DNA of 64,000 nucleotides, taken from Chrysomallon squamiferum (taxonomy: Eukaryota > Animalia > Mollusca). The notes beneath the pieces are model-generated. The model did not search any database. It was not told the origin of the DNA and saw only the letters and a list, made by a program, of their open reading frames with translations. This document shows positions 61,208 to 64,000 of the stretch, piece by piece (position 1 is the stretch's first letter; each line of letters starts with the position of its first letter). Both the position numbers and the translations under genes were made by a program. The stretch lies in contig CM022678.1 of assembly GCA_012295275.1 (NCBI GenBank), forward strand, positions 6,076,001-6,140,000, in the 5' to 3' direction.

Positions 61208-61750
61208 CTGATTTATTTATTTATTTATTTTTTGTTATACTAGGAATGTAAGAGAAAAAAGTAAAATTAAAAATCTTTAAAAACAAACATATAAAGTAAA
61301 AAAATATTTTGGCAGAAATAAGACATCCATAATTATGCATTTATAACCATTATTTAAAAATAATTTTTTTTTTTCTAATTTTAATACCAAATCCATAACT
61401 TGAAGCAGTATTTCTATTAAATATGTTGCACAATATTAATAGTATTTGAAACTGAAAATATTTGTTTTGAAAATATTTGTTCTGTTTAAATGATAATACA
61501 TGCTTGCAGTTGCATTACATAAAAACAATGGATATAGTTACAGTTTATATTTAACTTAATGATATGAAACAACACTGTTGTAACAAATGTATAAGAAATT
61601 GAGCAGCCAAAAATATATCAAATTTTTTTTCTTTTTAATTAAACCAGTTGGAAGAATGAACATGTAAAGGCACTTCAGTGTATTTTTATATTCAGCATAA
61701 CAGTGTTAAATAAAATGGACTTACAATAAATATTTAGGATAATTTTGTTT
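57107..61750. repeat. Kb-scale diverged tandem repeat (about 3 copies) downstream of the caspase-like gene
   Basis: aacatgatt..atgggtgtaaatttgatcaga...ggggagacac...gtctgcaagtgaa...ttgcttgaaatagaatgcaa...atactaggaatgtaaga recurs at about 57312, 58763 and 60723. Confidence 0.9.
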
Positions 61751-61970
61751 TTTAAATATACCAACATTGAACATTAAACAAATTAGAAACTAATATTTGT
61801 TTAACAATATATTAATACATCATTCAATTAAATTAACAAATACCACACTGTTTCCAAAATAAAGACATCATGACTCCAGTTATGGAGGGACGGATTAAAT
61901 GGCCTGATTCAAATCTTTCTTTACATTGTCTTCTTTTTGCATGAATGAAGGTAAATTGCCATTCAGATTA

Positions 61971-63501
61971 TTATGTTTGAGACAAATGAAAAGCTATAAC
62001 CATGTCGTCATCATCATTTCCAACTAACAGTGGTTGTTGTTCTGGTAAACTTAACGTCTCAGCAAGCTTTTCCATATGAAGCCCCACACAATCATGCAGA
62101 TTGTACAGAAATACAAACTCTTCTTCTGCAGCAGTTTGGTGGTATTTCTGGCAGATTTCGCAGTCTTGTTCTGCGACTGGACATCGGCCTTCAAGTAAAT
62201 TGATGACGCACTCATTGAATAGACTTAGCTCTAACTCTCTGACGAAGACGGAACGCTGATTTGGAAAACATGATGACCACTGTTTCACTCTGATTGGGTT
62301 CTTCTTAGCATCAACAACATCACATTCGTTGTCAAAATTCCACAGCTTTGGTAACAACACACAGTTTTCATTGTCCTTGCTTTCAATACTTTGTAAAGAC
62401 ATTGTGAAATCCTCTTCATTGAATTTTGTGAGATCAATCCCACCACTGAAGCAGCAATCCAAAATTATCGTCACCTTTTCAGCTTTCAAGGACAGCAATT
62501 GTTTCTTAATTTGTTTTAGAGTAATTATGCTTAAACCACCTCCTAAATGCAATGATGACTTATCGGAATGTCCAGAGAAATACAGAAGGAAAAATGGATG
62601 TTCTTTTTCACGTATTTGCTGAGGAAGTTCACTGAATGCTTTTACTACTCTTTCACACATAAAGTAATCAATGACTGCTGGTTTTGATGTCGTTATCATT
62701 GTAATATTTTCTTCTCTAAAAACAAAAGGAATAAGTAAACAAAATGTTCATTTTTTTCTTTCTTTTTTTAAACATGTATTATATAATAAAAAATAAAAAT
62801 TCGGATTTCACAAAAAATAACTATTTCTGTTACTACAATCATAGCAAAAATTAAATATATAAATAATACATATTTATTTTCATATTAATTTTTTATTAAA
62901 AACACAAATGACTAAAGACTAAAAAAATTGGTTACTAAAGACAAAACAAAATAAATGAAACAATACTTTCACACATACACACACACATATTTAAAATCGA
63001 TGAGTTAAATTTCAAGTTTATCCCTTTTTGTAATAAATTCATTTAAAAAAGAAAAAGTGATTAAAGCAAACACATGCACACACACAGCCACACACATTTT
63101 ACCTGATTCCAACAATATTAGGACTTTGCAGTTTCTCTTTCATTACATTTGTATCATTAATAAATATTTGATCAAAGTGTTTTATATAATAATAATAATA
63201 ATTATTATGTCAAATCAAAATAAATAAAATAGTACTTTCACATACACCCACACCCACTCAAAATAGGTGAGTTAAATTTTAATGTGATCCTTTTTTTGTG
63301 GTAAATGCTTTAAAAAAAAAAAAAAAAAGCGATTAAAGCAGCCACACCCATACACACACCCACACACATTTTACCTTATTCCAACGATATCAGGATCTTG
63401 TAGTGTTTCTTTCATTGTTATGGCATCATTAATAAATATTTTAGCTACGTCTTCTCTATGATCATAGCCTGCGATGATAAGGGCAAAACAGTTTTCATGA
63501 C
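61971..63501 (-). CDS. Peptidase C14 (caspase-fold) protein of metacaspase/orthocaspase type; last two exons, 5' exons not identified (probably beyond the window)
   Basis: Exons 63501-63375 (ctcag|GHENCFALIIAGYDHREDVAKIFINDAITMKETLQDPDIVGI|gtaaaa) and 62715-61971 (tttag|EENITMIT...FLLYFSGHS...KVTIILDCCFSGG...WSSCFPNQRS...SLFNECVINLLEG...QQP...*) join in frame; His and Cys dyad motifs are present. Confidence 0.85.
62960..63445. repeat. 272 bp tandem duplication spanning the donor of the caspase-like exon
   Basis: tactttcaca...gagttaaattt...gattaaagca...cacacattttacct.attccaac.atat.agga...cattaataaatattt occurs twice; donors at 63374 and 63102. Confidence 0.85.
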
Positions 63502-63652
63502 CTGAGTTCAAATAAAAGAACAAATGTTTAAGTGTACACACTGATCAACTTAACAAAACTTAACAAAACACATATTATTTACTTCAATGTGGTGGTTGGT
63601 TTTTGAAAAAGAAATTTATTTGGAAGTTGTAATTTTATTTTTTATTAAAATG

Positions 63653-63732
<80 letters not shown>

Positions 63733-64000
63733 ATTTGTAAATAAAACTAAAGAAATGATTAACAGAATCAAACGTATAAAAATAAATTTAAAACAATAAA
63801 ATATTTCCGTATGAACATTTTTTATTATTATTATTATTATTACTATCATCATCATCATCATCATCACAGAGTTTAGGGTAATAATGCTACAAGAAATGAA
63901 ATTAACTGATTACACAATAAGAAATACATAAATTATTAAATGTTATGAAATATATTGAATAATAAAAATTAGAGCTTAATCTCGGATTTCTAGGATATGA

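Noticed and set aside
61971-62699. Bacterial contaminant caspase-like ORF
   Set aside because: The ORF continues through a GT-AG intron into an upstream in-frame exon and is flanked by host-type microsatellites.

Overview
AT-rich animal genomic DNA packed with microsatellites. The gene content and repeat style suggest a mollusc, plausibly an octopod cephalopod; this is inference only. Most ORFs in the supplied track are translations of simple repeats. Reading GT-AG boundaries by hand gives six protein-coding genes. (1) The 3' part of phosphatidylinositol 4-kinase beta (PI4KB, +, 599-11346), with a locally noisy middle. (2) A class A peptide-type GPCR with one coding exon (-, 17459-18538). (3) A complete 11-exon SLCO4-family organic anion transporter (-, 26408-41145, 679 aa). 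(4, 5) Two tandem, highly diverged 5-exon paralogs encoding small secreted proteins with a sushi/CCP-like module and a degenerate galectin-like domain (+, 45903-48734 and 53103-56462). (6) The last two exons of an intron-containing peptidase C14 gene whose motifs (INDA, YFSGH, ILDCCFSG) resemble metacaspases/prokaryotic orthocaspases rather than animal caspases (-, 61971-63501). Notable non-coding signals: tandem arrays that copy splice sites in four genes, 14 perfect TGACGTCA palindromes confined to a CpG-rich central domain (9 in or overlapping coding exons), a long hairpin, and a roughly 3-copy kb-scale tandem repeat downstream of the caspase-like gene.
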